A stretch of 62,243 nt of DNA, filler included, from Collodictyon triciliatum (Eukaryota), in NCBI GenBank assembly GCA_043381765.1. It is 5 parts of 5 records of this genome, joined end to end, with 100 filler letters (N's around TTAATTAATTAA, not from the genome) between each part and the next. Parts side by side here need not be neighbours in the genome. Positions count along the whole stretch, not along the records: positions 1 to 15,568 come from JBHJMP010000020.1; positions 15,669 to 44,408 come from JBHJMP010000021.1; 3 more parts are not named here. The stretch is one strand, 5' to 3'. Below the pieces are notes generated by a model. It had not been told where the DNA came from. It did not search any database and saw only the letters and a list, made by a program, of their open reading frames with translations. Of the stretch, positions 1 to 26,752 are shown piece by piece. A program made the translations under genes and the position numbers. Every line of letters begins with the position of its first letter. Position 1 is the first letter of the stretch.

Positions 1-731
1 TTTTTTTTTTTTTTTTTTTTCTTTTTTTTTTTTTTTCTTTTTTTCTTTTTTTCTTTTTTTCTTTTTTTCTTTTTTTTTCTTTTGTGCTCTTCAAACAAAA
101 GTTGCAGNNNNNNNNNNNNNNNNNNNNNNNNNNNNNNNNNNNNNNNNNNNNNNNNNNNNNNNNNNNNNNNNNNNNNNNNNNNNNNNNNNNNNNNNNNNNN
201 NNNNNNNNNNNNNNNNNNNNNNNNNNNNNNNNNNNNNNNNNNNNNNNNNNNNNNNNNNNNNNNNNNNNNNNNNNNNNNNNNNNNNNNNNNNNNNNNNNNN
301 NNNNNNNNNNNNNNNNNNNNNNNNNNNNNNNNNNNNNNNNNNNNNNNNNNNNNNNNNNNNNNNNNNNNNNNNNNNNNNNNNNNNNNNNNNNNNNNNNNNN
401 NNNNNNNNNNNNNNNNNNNNNNNNNNNNNNNNNNNNNNNNNNNNNNNNNNNNNNNNNNNNNNNNNNNNNNNNNNNNNNNNNNNNNNNNNNNNNNNNNNNN
501 NNNNNNNNNNNNNNNNNNNNNNNNNNNNNNNNNNNNNNNNNNNNNNNNNNNNNNNNNNNNNNNNNNNNNNNNNNNNNNNNNNNNNNNNNNNNNNNNNNNN
601 NNNNNNNNNNNNNNNNNNNNNNNNNNNNNNNNNNNNNNNNNNNNNNNNNNNNNNNNNNNNNNNNNNNNNNNNNNNNNNNNNNNNNNNNNNNNNNNNNNNN
701 NNNNNNNNNNNNNNNNNNNNNNNNNNNNNNN

Positions 732-15129
<14,398 letters not shown>

Positions 15130-15485
15130 GGTCGGCTCAGTTGTGTAGGAGCAGCAGATCGAACCTTTAAACTCCTGCGCGCTCTTTTAAATCGATCGGG
15201 TCTGACGAGACCTTTTCTATAGGGATTAAAAAGGAGGAAAACTGCGGTTTTCTTCAAGGGGTTATACGGCTTCTCCTTTCTTTTTTCGGGCAGAGCGAGG
15301 TAGTTTGGTTCTGTTTGGCCTAGTCGCTCCCTGACAAACTTTATCTGGTAAAATCGATCAGATTGTTTCAAAACGGGTCCTTTTCTGTTTTTTTGTTTTT
15401 TGTTTTTTGTTTTTGTTTTTGTTTTTTGTTATTTTTTGTTATTTTGTTATTGTTTATTGTTTATTGTTTTTGTTTTTTGTTTTTT

Positions 15486-15568
<83 letters not shown>

Positions 15569-15668
15569 NNNNNNNNNNNNNNNNNNNNNNNNNNNNNNNN
15601 NNNNNNNNNNNNTTAATTAATTAANNNNNNNNNNNNNNNNNNNNNNNNNNNNNNNNNNNNNNNNNNNN
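15569..15668. other. Artificial contig-joining spacer (44 N + TTAATTAATTAA + 44 N)
   Basis: Six-frame-stop palindrome at 15613-15624 centred in exactly 100 bp; recurs identically four times. Confidence 0.95.
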
Positions 15669-15772
15669 TTTGTCTTTTGTCTTTTGTCTTTTGTCTTTTG
15701 TCTTTTGTCTTTTGTCTTTTGTCTTTTGTCTTTTGTCTTTTGTCTTTTGTCTTTTGTCTTTTGTCTTTTGTC
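15669..15772. repeat. (TTTGTC)n microsatellite at contig start
   Basis: 6-mer tandem repeat. Confidence 0.9.
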
Positions 15773-16019
15773 ATGGCGGTAATTGAACCCTCTGCTGATT
15801 GTTTATCATAAATTTATCGCAGATCTTTTGCTCTTTCCTACTGTTTCTGCTTTTCATTCTCCCACACCTCACCTCATGGTTGAATCAGAACAAACACAGG
15901 GGAAATTACACATTGCAGGCCCCACGATATCCTAGTTATCCAGCACCCATCACTAGAAAGCATTACCCTACATAATAAATACTCATTGTTAAACATGTAA
16001 AAGCGACGCTGGCTCCTGC

Positions 16020-16122
16020 GATGTGATGTGATGTGATGTGATGTGATGTGATGTGATGTGATGTGATGTGATGTGATGTGATGTGATGTGATGTGATGTG
16101 ATGTGATGCGATGTGATGTGAT
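16020..16122. repeat. (ATGTG)n microsatellite
   Basis: 5-mer tandem repeat. Confidence 0.95.
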
Positions 16123-16932
16123 GCCATGCCATAACTCCACGCAAACTGTTTGCGGTTTTGTCCATCGGGTCGAACGCCCGCACTTGCAGAGCACATGTTT
16201 TTATTCGATTCAAAAAAAGGCCAACACGTCGCCCGTGGGTCGTTAGACTGCTTATTTTTTTTTGTTATTAATTATATATATTGATAGAAAATGTCATCAT
16301 TATAGACATATCTATTGAATTAATTGTCTTTAAGTTGTTATATCATTATTTTCCACAATTACGAAAACGGTTAAAGCACGTATTAGCATCACATAGCCAA
16401 CTTTTGCTACCCTAGCTAACATCTTGCGTTCCCACAAAATATTCATAGAAAAATATCAATTTAGTTCAATTTTATCACATATTCTCTGTCTTTTTTGTAC
16501 CTTGTCCATTCCCACAAACACCGCCGCCTTGAAGCAGTCTTCCGTGTCTCCGTACCTTTTTGCTCCTATTTTCCGGATATGGCTGGCCGAAAGTCATCGA
16601 TGAATCAAAGGAAAGCGATAGAAGGGGATCGCATCGCGGAAAGAAAAGCGCGGCTGCGGCGATTCCAACCCAGTTCCTAAGTCTGCAAAGAGAAAGAGAA
16701 AGGGAGAAAGAGAGAAAGGGAGAAAGGGAGAAAGGGCAAAGTGCCTAGGAAACTAAAGAAGGATGGAAGAAGCGCAAGGCTGGCTTTGCTGCGTGTCTAC
16801 TCAAAGACTTGCCTTTTCTCTCTGCCTGTTTTGTTTTGTTTTGTTTTGTATGGTCATGTGTGCTCTTGGGAAACTGGGCTCTGTTTGACCCACGCGATTC
16901 TATAGGAAACATCTGGCTCTTGTGCCGTCCGT

Positions 16933-19900
16933 ATGGAACGAAAAGCCCTCGCTACCAATTCTCGACCCACCAAGCCTGAGAAAGGTGTGCAGCTCCGTTT
17001 TATTACGTGTCTATACTTTGTTCATTCGATTGATCTGGTCATTTTTCTAGTGTTGTTATTTTCTCATCTAATCTTGGAGTAGTCTCGCACAAAAAGAAAA
17101 AAATGAAGCACTTTATTGCTAGAACTCGTCTCCCATATCTTGCTGGCTATTCTGCGGGAAGCTGTTCTCTGACTTTGAGACGTCAACTGCTACGCTCACT
17201 TCTTTCTTTCCCTTTTCAACAATATTTATATTGAAATACTCCCCAAAACACTAAAAGGAGATATGAGGCGATCTACCCCGAAGCAAGAGTTCCCCTCACC
17301 AAAGCTACCCGCCCGCAACAAGAATATGACTCGTCAACTCAAGATGCCCACTAGCCAAAGCGACTTCCGCTCCACACATGACTTCCCACAGGAAGATGAA
17401 TTCAATGATCCTGACGAGTTCCTACCAATACATGAGCGCGTCAAAACTGTAGAGTACTAAATATCACAACATCTTTCTCCTTTCGTTTTATGAACATGTG
17501 TGGTCTGCTCTTTATTGTAATCTTAATGATATAATTACCATGGTATATCATTGTCTCGGAACTTATATTATCCCTCCCTGGATCCCAAACTCCAACGTAC
17601 TTCATCCTCCTCCTTTTGGTTTTTTGTTTTTGTTTTTGTTTTTGTTTTTTTGCTTTTTGCTTGTTTCCTTCTATTGACAGGTGTTTTCTTTGCAAAGAAC
17701 CAAGGTCGTAGTCCTGCATTAGAGTCTGCTCCTGATGTATCTGACTTGGATATTTACCTGATTGAGCGAGCATACACACAAAAACCATCGGTTCTTTTTT
17801 CTCCTTTTTTTTTATTACCGACAAAGTCTCCCTGCCTCTCTGAATAATATAAAATTTTCTTTTGCGCCCCTTGAAGCATATGATTTATTTTATTCAGTTC
17901 AGAAGTACATGTTTTTACCCTGTTTTGTCTATTCTTGTTGAACACATACTTTTATATGCTAGATTATGGTACGACGCTTGGTTTTATTGTAAAAGAAACC
18001 CTTACTTCATTCATTTGATAGAAGGGAAAAGGACATCGTGCCAAGTTCACATCTATCAACCACCTGCTCCAATTTAACATGACTCCAGCAGAAGTCTTTT
18101 CTCCTCCTCCAAAGAGATATGTGCCCAAACCAAAACCTTTTGATAAAGAACAATTTGTGCAAGCCAAGTATGTCTCATTAAATTTTAAGGGCATAACATT
18201 AGCCCCTGTCTATTTTACTTTTCTTTTCTCTGTATTACACTACTGTATGCTAAATTATATCGCCACAAATCTATGCAGTTTTCAGTTCTTTGTACATCCA
18301 GCTCGCAATTATTTGGAGAATATAATTGATCCTGATGCGCTGGTACAGTGGGATGACATTCTCTATGTGAAATATGGCACGCCCGACTCTATAAACTGCT
18401 CCATATGCATATCATTCCCGGTTGCTGCGTAGGACTTCTTTTTTTTTTTTCTTCCAGTTACACCAATTTCAAGTAGTATCCCGTTTCATGTTACTTTTAC
18501 CATATCCTCTGAGTGGACAATCACATAGACCAATATTGATTGACCGATCCAATTACTTCATTTTTTCTCTTTCCTCTCGCGATGTGGTATTTATTGTTGA
18601 ACTTTGGATAAACTTGCCTCAATCCGCAGACAGGTGCGTGACTAATCGCAATTCTATTTCTCATATCGATATGCATTTATTGGGAATTAAAGAGTATATT
18701 CATGAAGAAAATATACACTTATTTACCGAACTTTTACTTTATCCAGATGACAAAGTGCGGTCATATTTTCTGCTCGTCATGTATCCAGCAATATATCTCC
18801 TACGGTCCAAAGCATCTGCGATGTCCTTTGTGTTTTGTGAGTCTGGAAATACAAACCATGAAACCCGTTGTGATTGAGAATTTGTCAAAGTTTCGCGAAG
18901 GTCAGCATATCAAATTTTCTCTGTTGAAGCGCTCAAAAGTATGTAATCCTTCCTTGATTATTTAGAAACTTTTTCCATTATTCGACAAACATATTCAATT
19001 TTCTCTACAAGAGCGATTTATTCGCAATAAAATCCTTACGTCCCTTTTCATTTTCTTTTCTTTTCTTTTCTTTTCTTTTCTTTTCTTTTCTTTTCTTTTC
19101 TTTTCTTTTCTTTTCTTTTCTTTTCTTTTCTTTTCTTTTCTTTTCTCTTGCAGGGTAGCATCACACCAATGCGTAAGCTTGAATGGGACCCCATCATCCA
19201 AGATCAACTTCTGTGCGATGAAAATAATGAATCAAGATTCGGTCGGCTGTGCCTGGGCACAAACTATTTGGAAGTCCTGAACCATCAGGAACATGACATT
19301 GACGACGCCATTTCTCTTGCTGACGCATTACCAGAGGAGCATGATGGAGTCATGGAATTTTTAGAGGCTACTAAAGAAAGATTAAGGGTATGATACTACA
19401 CCACTGCTTCCTTCGCTCCTCAACTAACTTTTATTTCTGGGGCTTGACTCTTTCGTTCATTTATCTAGATTATGAAGGAGTTTGCCCTATCAATCGCCAG
19501 TATGGAATACATATCAAGCTTATCGAAGAAGCCGCCCACTTCAAAGATACCTCCAGAAAGTCAACTCCCGTCCCCTGCAAATACTCATGTTATTGATTAA
19601 AAATTCGTTGATTTATATGCGCATACTATTTATCTAATTATCATATTGTCACTTATGGTTTCGTATATAAAAATGCTCTTTGGTTATATTTAGGACACAC
19701 AGATAGAAATTAAAGAATATGTATATCTTAGCCCGAAGTGATTACACGTCCTGCAAAGTCGTCACCTTGGTCGTGTCCTCCATCTCTATCAACTAATTTG
19801 TATCGACACGTCGATGGCGGGGAACTCATTTGTGATGATGAAAATGGAGAAGAACAAGTTCCAGATGAATGGTTCTCCCAAACTACAGAAACTGTAATTT

Positions 19901-21454
19901 TCTTATGTGCTCCAACTGTCTTCAAACCTACGCTTTGGTCCATTTCAATCAATTACATGAAAGTATTGTCTGCTTCAGAATATAGCGCCTCAAAATGTTG
20001 AACAATACGAAACGTCATTAGGATGTCAGCGGCGATGTTTTAAGGACTGGAGCGACACCAAACAATCATAGTGCGGGTGAAGATGAAGAGGAGAAGCTAT
20101 CTGAAGCTGCAAACCCTAGCCCGCATATGCAGTCACAAGCACAAACACACTATGTGATATATCAGTGTATGGCGTTTCTTCTCTTCTTTTTTTTTCGAGT
20201 TATACTTTAGACATATCTGCATATAAGTTTGATGAATTTCTCGTTATGATGCTCTGAATATATGGCTCTAATACATAACTGTGCAGCTGATGATGGTCAG
20301 AGAATATTTCTTCATCCCTTCTGCATGAAAGTTCTGAAGCACGAGTACGGCGACGCTGAAAACTTCCCCTCCGAAGTCGCTTCGACTATTAAGCATATCG
20401 AATTGGTGACAATGACCGAGGTAACTTTATGTTTGTATTAATTTGTTCTTTTGTTCTTTTGTTCTTTTGTTCTTTTGTTCTTTTGTTCTTTTGTTCTTTT
20501 GTTCTTTTGTTCTTTTGTTCTTTTGTTCTTTTGTTCTTTTGTTCTTTTGTTCTTTTGTTCTTCCTTTTGTTCTTCCTTTTGTTCTTCCTTTTGTTCTTCC
20601 TTTTGTTCTTCCTTTTGTTCTTCCTTTTGTTCTTCCTTTTGTTCTTCCTTTTGTTCTTCCTATTGTTCGCTTTGAAGTACGAATTTCCCTTTGAATAAAT
20701 TCTCGTGAAACATTCCCTCGTATCCCCGAACCACTCGCCTGGGTATATATTAACCGTCTTTACACATAATACACCTCCTCTATCATATATTCACCCTCAC
20801 ACGTCGCTGCTCCAGGACGCTCGGCGCCGATACCGGTTTCTCGGACATCTCCCACTGACCACCGAGTTCCAGTTTTGCGAGATAGACATGAGCAAACTAG
20901 TCTCTGCCCAGACCATGCGCCGATTCTCCTCCGAGCTGAAGCAGAGGCGAGCCAAGCACAGCAGCCCGACCGCAGCAGCAACGACTTCCACACGACAAGA
21001 GTCCCAACCATCACAATCACTATCCCCATCACAACCAGCATCGACCACTCAGACATCACAAGGCTCCACCCCGTCGGCCTCACCAACAACAACAGGGCTG
21101 CATCGAGTGGGCGGCTTGGACATTGAATATCGCCTCACAGACTCTATGACTTTCCAGCTCGACGCATCGTCGGTCGTGGGGCCTCATCAAGACACGCGGG
21201 CATCACCGGGCATCAGCGCAGCCGCCCCTAGCGCCTCTGCTGCTCCCATCATCAGCCTCATCACCGAGCAACCCACGTCTCGCCAGCCACCATCTCGTCC
21301 AAGCTTTGCCGATGCGCTGCTGCAGAATCCTCATGAAGTCCAACTTCGTCGCCAGCAACAGCAGCAACAGCAGCAATCAGGGAAATCCTCCAATGCGAAA
21401 CAAAAGAAAGGAAAGGCCCTTCTGTTTTCGACATCCGCCAATCATCGGTACTGA
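16933..21454 (+). CDS. RNF10: RING finger protein 10 / Mag2-like E3 ubiquitin ligase (multi-exon)
   Basis: Motifs SINHLLQF, FDKEQFVQAN-FQF, DPDALVQWDDI, RING CSIC..PVAAQMTKCGHIFCSSCI..CPLC, YQSDDGQRIFLHPFCMKVL..EYG, RRRYRFLGHLPL and C-terminal KKGKALLFST. The 5' exon choice (16933 vs 17263 start) is uncertain. Confidence 0.92.
20443..20660. repeat. Compound (TTTTGTTC)n / (TTTTGTTCTTCC)n repeat in last RNF10 intron
   Basis: 8-mer array switching to a derived 12-mer array. Confidence 0.92.
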
Positions 21455-22550
21455 GCCTGCTCCGTTTTGTTTTGTGATTTGCTGTATCACGCCCCCTTTT
21501 TCTTTTTTTCTTTTGATTCTTGGAGCAGTGTCTGTGTCATCCTTGGTTTTTCTGGTGTCCAACGGCGCTCCGATGCCAGAGGCTGAAATACCTCGCGATA
21601 ATAATGATTTTCTTTTTCTTTTTCTGTTTCTGTTTCTGTCTTCCCCTCTCCCCTTTCTTTTAATTCTTTTAAAATACATGAATTACAATAATAATAAAAA
21701 TATAATAATCACATATTGCGGAGTTAAGCGAGCATTGAGCGAGGAGGAATGGTGGTTTGGGAAGGATTTGCCCAGCGCGTGTGGGTGCCTTGACCGGAAA
21801 AAGAAGAAACATAATTGTGGAAAATAACAATAAAATACTATTTTATTTACAATTAGGTGCAATTTTGCAATTACTAAGTTAATTTTAATGTCACTAACAC
21901 AAATTTATATGAAAAATGTTTTTCAGAGACAATAACCGCATTATCAACCAGGTTATTTCTTTATAGCGGCTCACACACAATCCGCAATGCACAATTTTGG
22001 AGTTTGTCGTCAACAACACAACGGAAAGTAACGGAATCCAACGGACTTCCATAAGAGAGATAATTCCACGGAAAAACAAAACCAATAAAGCCAACGGAAG
22101 CCGACTATATCCGTTGAGCGGCTAGTCTGTGGTCGCCAGGGCCAAAGTGGAAAAACGAAAACCCCCGTTCAACAGCCGCACGGGTGACTATTTAGCTCGG
22201 CCAGAAAAAACACTGGTCAAGACGAATGCAATCAAAGCTATGATTCCGCAAGTCATTCCCTACAAACAGACAAGCAAACGAGCGAGCAAACAAACAAACA
22301 GACACACAACAGCAGCTAAGCAGAGAAATTGACTGCAAGTCCCAAACCACACGGGTTCAACATCCGTGCACCCATCCCCTCATGACGCACAAGCAGCGCC
22401 GATCACAATACCCAATAGAAACCACCGACCTGGCTAACACAAATATCCCACATTCGCCACACACAGCAAGCGCGCCGACGAGCTAAAAAAAAAACAAACA
22501 AACCTAAAAACCCCACAAGTACAAGACCGAAGCTCAGAAGCAAGCCAGCC

Positions 22551-23018
22551 ATGGAAGACCTCGAAGTGAAGCCGCAAACCGACCAAGTGCTCCGCAAGCA
22601 GGGCCAGACTGTGAAGATCATCAAGGAGCACAAGCGCCACGTCCTGTTCCACGTGCCGATTGTGTCCATGTTCCTCGGGTCCAACTGCGGGCTGCCGTGC
22701 TTTGCCAGCGAGGACGGGCTGAAGCGCATGTACATCCACACACAGGACACGCGCCTGGAGTGGAACGACGTGATGGACTTCTACTGCTGCACGCTCTGCC
22801 ACCGCATCTACGACGGCACCGGCGTGGTCTACTACGACTCGCCCTTCATGCAGCAGCTGCTGCCCGTCGATCTGGGCGTCTGCAAGTTCATCTGCCTGTG
22901 CGACACCTGCTTCAAGGTTGTCCCGTTCCGCTGCGGCTGCGTCTGCCACGTGGACGATCCCAGCGGCCTCGTGGCCGACATTGAGGAGAAGAAGGCTGCT
23001 GCCGTCCGCATGTCATAA
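22551..23018 (+). CDS. Intronless Cys-rich hypothetical protein, 155 aa
   Basis: Clean ATG-to-TAA ORF with strong GC3 bias, GCCATGG start context, A-rich leader and 12 Cys. Confidence 0.8.
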   Translation: MEDLEVKPQTDQVLRKQGQTVKIIKEHKRHVLFHVPIVSMFLGSNCGLPCFASEDGLKRMYIHTQDTRLEWNDVMDFYCCTLCHRIYDGTGVVYYDSPFMQQLLPVDLGVCKFICLCDTCFKVVPFRCGCVCHVDDPSGLVADIEEKKAAAVRMS

Positions 23019-23382
23019 CCCTGCCTCTGTCGTATTCCCTCCCTCCCTCTTTCTCTCTCCCCACGTCCGTCTCCCTCCATATTGGATACACTCCTGTGAT
23101 TCCTCCCATAAAGACATCTCCCAGCCCAAATCCCCGCGCGGTGTAGAGGACGCTTGTGGAGACTTCCTATGAGCCTTTTGATTGGGCAGCCTGCCGCTGG
23201 TAGTTGTTGGGAGAAAGCAGGAGCAGTTGTCAATGTCGTGTGCCTCTCTCGTCACCCTTTTTTCTTTGCAGGAAATGGCAGAATGCTTGCCAAAAGAATG
23301 AGGGGACGCCAACATGATCGATCGTTACAACGCCGCACCATGGGGCGTTTAGAAGGGGAACCCGACAGGGAGCAAAAGGAGT

Positions 23383-23455
23383 CGCCCACCGTGGGGCTCG
23401 AACCCACGACCGTGAGGTTAAGAGCCTCACGCTCTACCGACTGAGCTAGACGGGC
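23383..23455 (-). tRNA. trnK-CTT: tRNA-Lys (anticodon CTT)
   Basis: Reverse complement GCCCGTCTAGCTCAGTCGGTAGAGCGTGAGGCTCTTAACCTCACGGTCGTGGGTTCGAGCCCCACGGTGGGCG: 73 nt, A box, B box GGTTCGA, anticodon stem TGAGG/CCTCA, loop CTCTTAA, downstream TTTT. Confidence 0.97.
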
Positions 23456-23579
23456 TTACTTATCATATATTGAAATGTAAAATAACATAGTTTGTATAAA
23501 TCTTATTTCCTTGAGTGTTTTATTTCCTGCATATTTTTTTTTATTATTTCATTTTTTCAAGCATCAAGACGACGGCCTC

Positions 23580-24605
23580 ATGGGGGAGCAACAGGAGAAG
23601 CGCAAAGGAGCATGGGGCAGAGTTCAGGGACACATGAAAGCGGTGGTCCATTTTCTCAGCACAAACAGGCTTTGGATCGGCATTGGGCTCTTTGGAGGAC
23701 TCAGTGTGGCGGCCAATCTGGCTGTGTGGGTGTTTGGGATGGGCGTGCCTACGATTGTGTCTGGGTTTGTCGGGCTGCGTGTCTGGGAGGAGAAGCTTTA
23801 CTTTGACGCTTTACTGTCTGTCTCCAATCCCAACCTGGTTTCTGTCAGCATTCGGTCTCTGTCGTACGATCTGTCCTTGGGTGAGTGACTCCCCCTTTTC
23901 ACCTGTTTTTTTTTATAAACACATTTTATACCCCCTTTTTGAACACATGGTTTGGTGATAAAAATAAGAATAAAAAATAAGAATAAAAAATAAGAATAAA
24001 AAATAAGAATAAAAAATAAGAATAAAAAATAAGAATAAAAAATAAGAATAAAAAATAAGAATAAAAAATAAGAATAAAAAATAAGAAAAGTAAGGAAACA
24101 CTGTATCATCGACTGCACAGGGGTCTGTTCACAAACCCATGCACATTGACAAACAAAGAGAGAGAGAAAAAAAAAAGAGAAAGAAGGAAGATAATTAAAA
24201 TGACAATGGAATGACCATAATGGAAGAGCCAAACATCAGACACAGCAAACACAAGCATCCGACTGGGACGAGTGACCTACGAGAGAGACGAGGAGCTGAA
24301 AGTGATGTCCCAGAGCGCCGTCACGAAGCGGATGCCAAGCACCATCGCTTTGGGAGAGCACCCAGCCCAGTGCGAAGTGTTGCGGTGAGTCCCAGCGCCC
24401 AACTGCAAACCCGAATGCAAACTGACCCCGAGACAGCATCCTGAGGGAGGAGACGTTCCGACTGTCTGCAGACGGCTCCTTCCACCTGACGCGGGCGGGA
24501 TTCACACAGCGCAGGCGGCTGCGCGGCACCGAGATCATCCCGAAGCTCAACCGCACCGCCATCATCCAACCCACCCCCGGCCGCCCCCAAACCCAACAGC
24601 CATGA
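23580..24605 (+). CDS. N-terminal TM + LEA_2/WHy-like domain protein (exons 23580-23880, 24246-24384, 24437-24605)
   Basis: Hydrophobic segment WIGIGLFGGLSVAANLAVWVF followed by LSVSNPNLVSVSIRSLSYDLSL (NPN motif of LEA_2). Both donors are GTGAGT and splicing keeps frame to ...QTQQP*. Confidence 0.68.
23961..24087. repeat. (AAAATAAGAATAA)n 13-mer intronic repeat
   Basis: Direct tandem repeat. Confidence 0.9.
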
Positions 24606-24746
24606 ATCAGCAAAAAAGAAAAAAAAGAAAAAAAGAAAAGAAAGAAAGAAAAGAAAAAGGAGGTATAAGAACGAACCAAAAAAAAACAAAACAAAAAGAA
24701 GCAAGGATCGAATAAACAAAAACCCCATGGGTGATCCGCAGGGGCG

Positions 24747-25886
24747 ATGCGGGATCTGTGCCTGGAGGCCCTCGGAGTGCGGGCGGAGAGCAGCACGCCG
24801 CACCAGGACGCCTTCTCCCTCGGCACGCTGCTGCGCCCCGACAAGCACACGCCCGCGGGCTTCCTCGCCGCCTCCTTCACGCAGCCGCCCGTCCGCATCG
24901 CCGTCCACTTCCCGTATCTGCACACACCGACCCCCTCCGCACACACGCACACCACCAACCAGCCCCACCCGCCCCTGCAGGTTCCTCGTCCGCATCGACG
25001 CCATCCGGCTGGGCCTGAGGCTGCACACCCACACCACGGCCCGCTTCGCCCTCGCCCTGCAGACGCACACGGGGAGCCTCTACCGCCTTCCCGCCCACAC
25101 CGCCACCGCCACAGACACCGCCGCCTGCATCGCCGCCGACGCCTTCCCGCTCGCTGCCTGCGCCGCCGTCCGCACGGTCCACATCACCCTGCTCGCCCCC
25201 GCACGCACCGGCGACCCGTGCTGCCTGTCGCAGCTGTTTATTCACGGCGCCGTCTCCGCGCTCGAACCCCCCGCCGTCCACCGCCACGTCGACGCGCTCT
25301 ACCCGCCCCTACCTGATCCCCGGCCTGCCGACCACAAGGCCCGTCCCGCCCCGCCCCCCGTGCGCTACGAGGTCTGCCCTCCCCTGCCCCTGCCCCTGCC
25401 TCTGCCCGTCCTCACCGCGTGCCCGCCGCAGATCCTCGACGTCTTTGCACCGCGCGTCCCGGCCGCAGACCCTGCGCCCCGCTGCGAACCCCCGCCGGCC
25501 CCCGACGAGTTCCTCGACATGATCACGTGAGCTGCCGACCTATTGGACGCACAGAGTGCGGTGCGCATCGACATGTACATCCGTGAGTGTCTGTCTGCAT
25601 ATGGAATGGCCACTCACCGCGCTCCCCCGTCTGCAGCTTCGACGTGATGCGCGACCCGGTGCGCCTGCCGAGCGGGGCTGTTGTCGACCGCGCCACGCTG
25701 GACCGCCACCTGGCCACGCGCCTCACAGACCCGTTCACAAACGCCCCGCTCGACCCCGCCGCCGTCTGTCCGCTCCCCGCCCTGCGTCTGCGCATCCGGG
25801 CCCACCTCCTCGCCGCCTGCCCTCCGAGCCCCGTGTCCAAGCGGCGCCGTTGCGATGCAGACCCTGTCCATAAAGCCCCCGAGTGA
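24747..25886 (+). CDS. UBOX5: U-box protein, UBOX5/RNF37-like (4 exons)
   Basis: N-terminus DLCLEALG..GFLAASFTQPPVRIAVHFP-FLVRIDAIRL parallels the UBOX5 N-terminal domain. Spliced U-box PDEFLDMIT-FDVMRDPVRLPSGAVVDRATLDRHL..TDPFTNAPL. Confidence 0.82.
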
Positions 25887-26752
25887 ATCCCGTGGTCTGC
25901 CCTGCAGCCGCCCGAGAGAAATGGTTATGGCCGCTGGGCGGTGGGTCGAGTGGCTCTTCACTCCCCCGCACGCCGCGCCGCCGGATGTGGTGGTGGTTTA
26001 TTGTGCCCTTGTGCGAAGGAGAGTGAGAGGAGAAGGAAAAGTCCCAGAAGAAAGCAGATGGTGTGAATTCAGAGTTGAGGAATCAGTGTTGGTAGATGCT
26101 GGAGGAAAGGTTGTGTTTTTTTCTTCTTTTAGGTGCTCATGTGGGTGTCGTCGAGTTGGGCTAAGCTCTTGGCTTTTGGCTGGTTGGTGGGGCAGGCATC
26201 CCCGTTGTTGGATTTGTGAGACAAAGGATATAGTCATCGAGTATAATAAATTGTTTCTTTCGAATGAAATGAAGAAAATAATAGGATAAAATAGAGATGA
26301 TAGGAAAAATTGAGTGGCTGTATAGACAAAAGACAGATGTAAAAGTAGACTCGGTCATCAGTCTGAGATATCAGAGTGAGCCAAGTGCAAGTCCCCTCCC
26401 CCGCGAAGAAAGAAATTCCCATGAAAGAAAATAGAGATGAAAAAAGAAAAAAGAAAAGATAGAGCCCATAGACGTAGGAAAAAAAAAGAAAAGAAAATCA
26501 AAAGTTAAAGCAGTGTATCAAAGATGGATTAACAGGTAGCGTGCAGCCTCCGTTCTAAGCCCGTCCCAGCCAACAAACCAATCAGCCTACCAGCAAAAGC
26601 CCAACTAGCAACGAGTCATGACTCATAAGGCCGACTCAACCTATGATTGAGAGTGTCAGCAGAGGCATCAGGGAGCAGTGCAAGTGCAAGTGCAAGTGCA
26701 AAGTATCTCGAGATGTGAGTTTCAGGTATTCCTGTGCGATGCTTACATAGAG

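Noticed and set aside
15770-16600. Possible small minus-strand multi-exon gene (e.g. RIKTCALQVRAFDPMDKTANSLRGVM)
   Set aside because: No consistent splice model or recognisable family could be built.
18429-18746. Non-canonical GT-AT or U12-type intron in the RNF10 RING (ATATCCT at ~18502)
   Set aside because: A canonical AG|ACAG|GT microexon explains frame and sequence more simply.
22434-25961. Many overlapping 80-250 aa ORFs in the GC island
   Set aside because: Expected shadows of high-GC coding sequence; the spliced plus-strand models account for the region.
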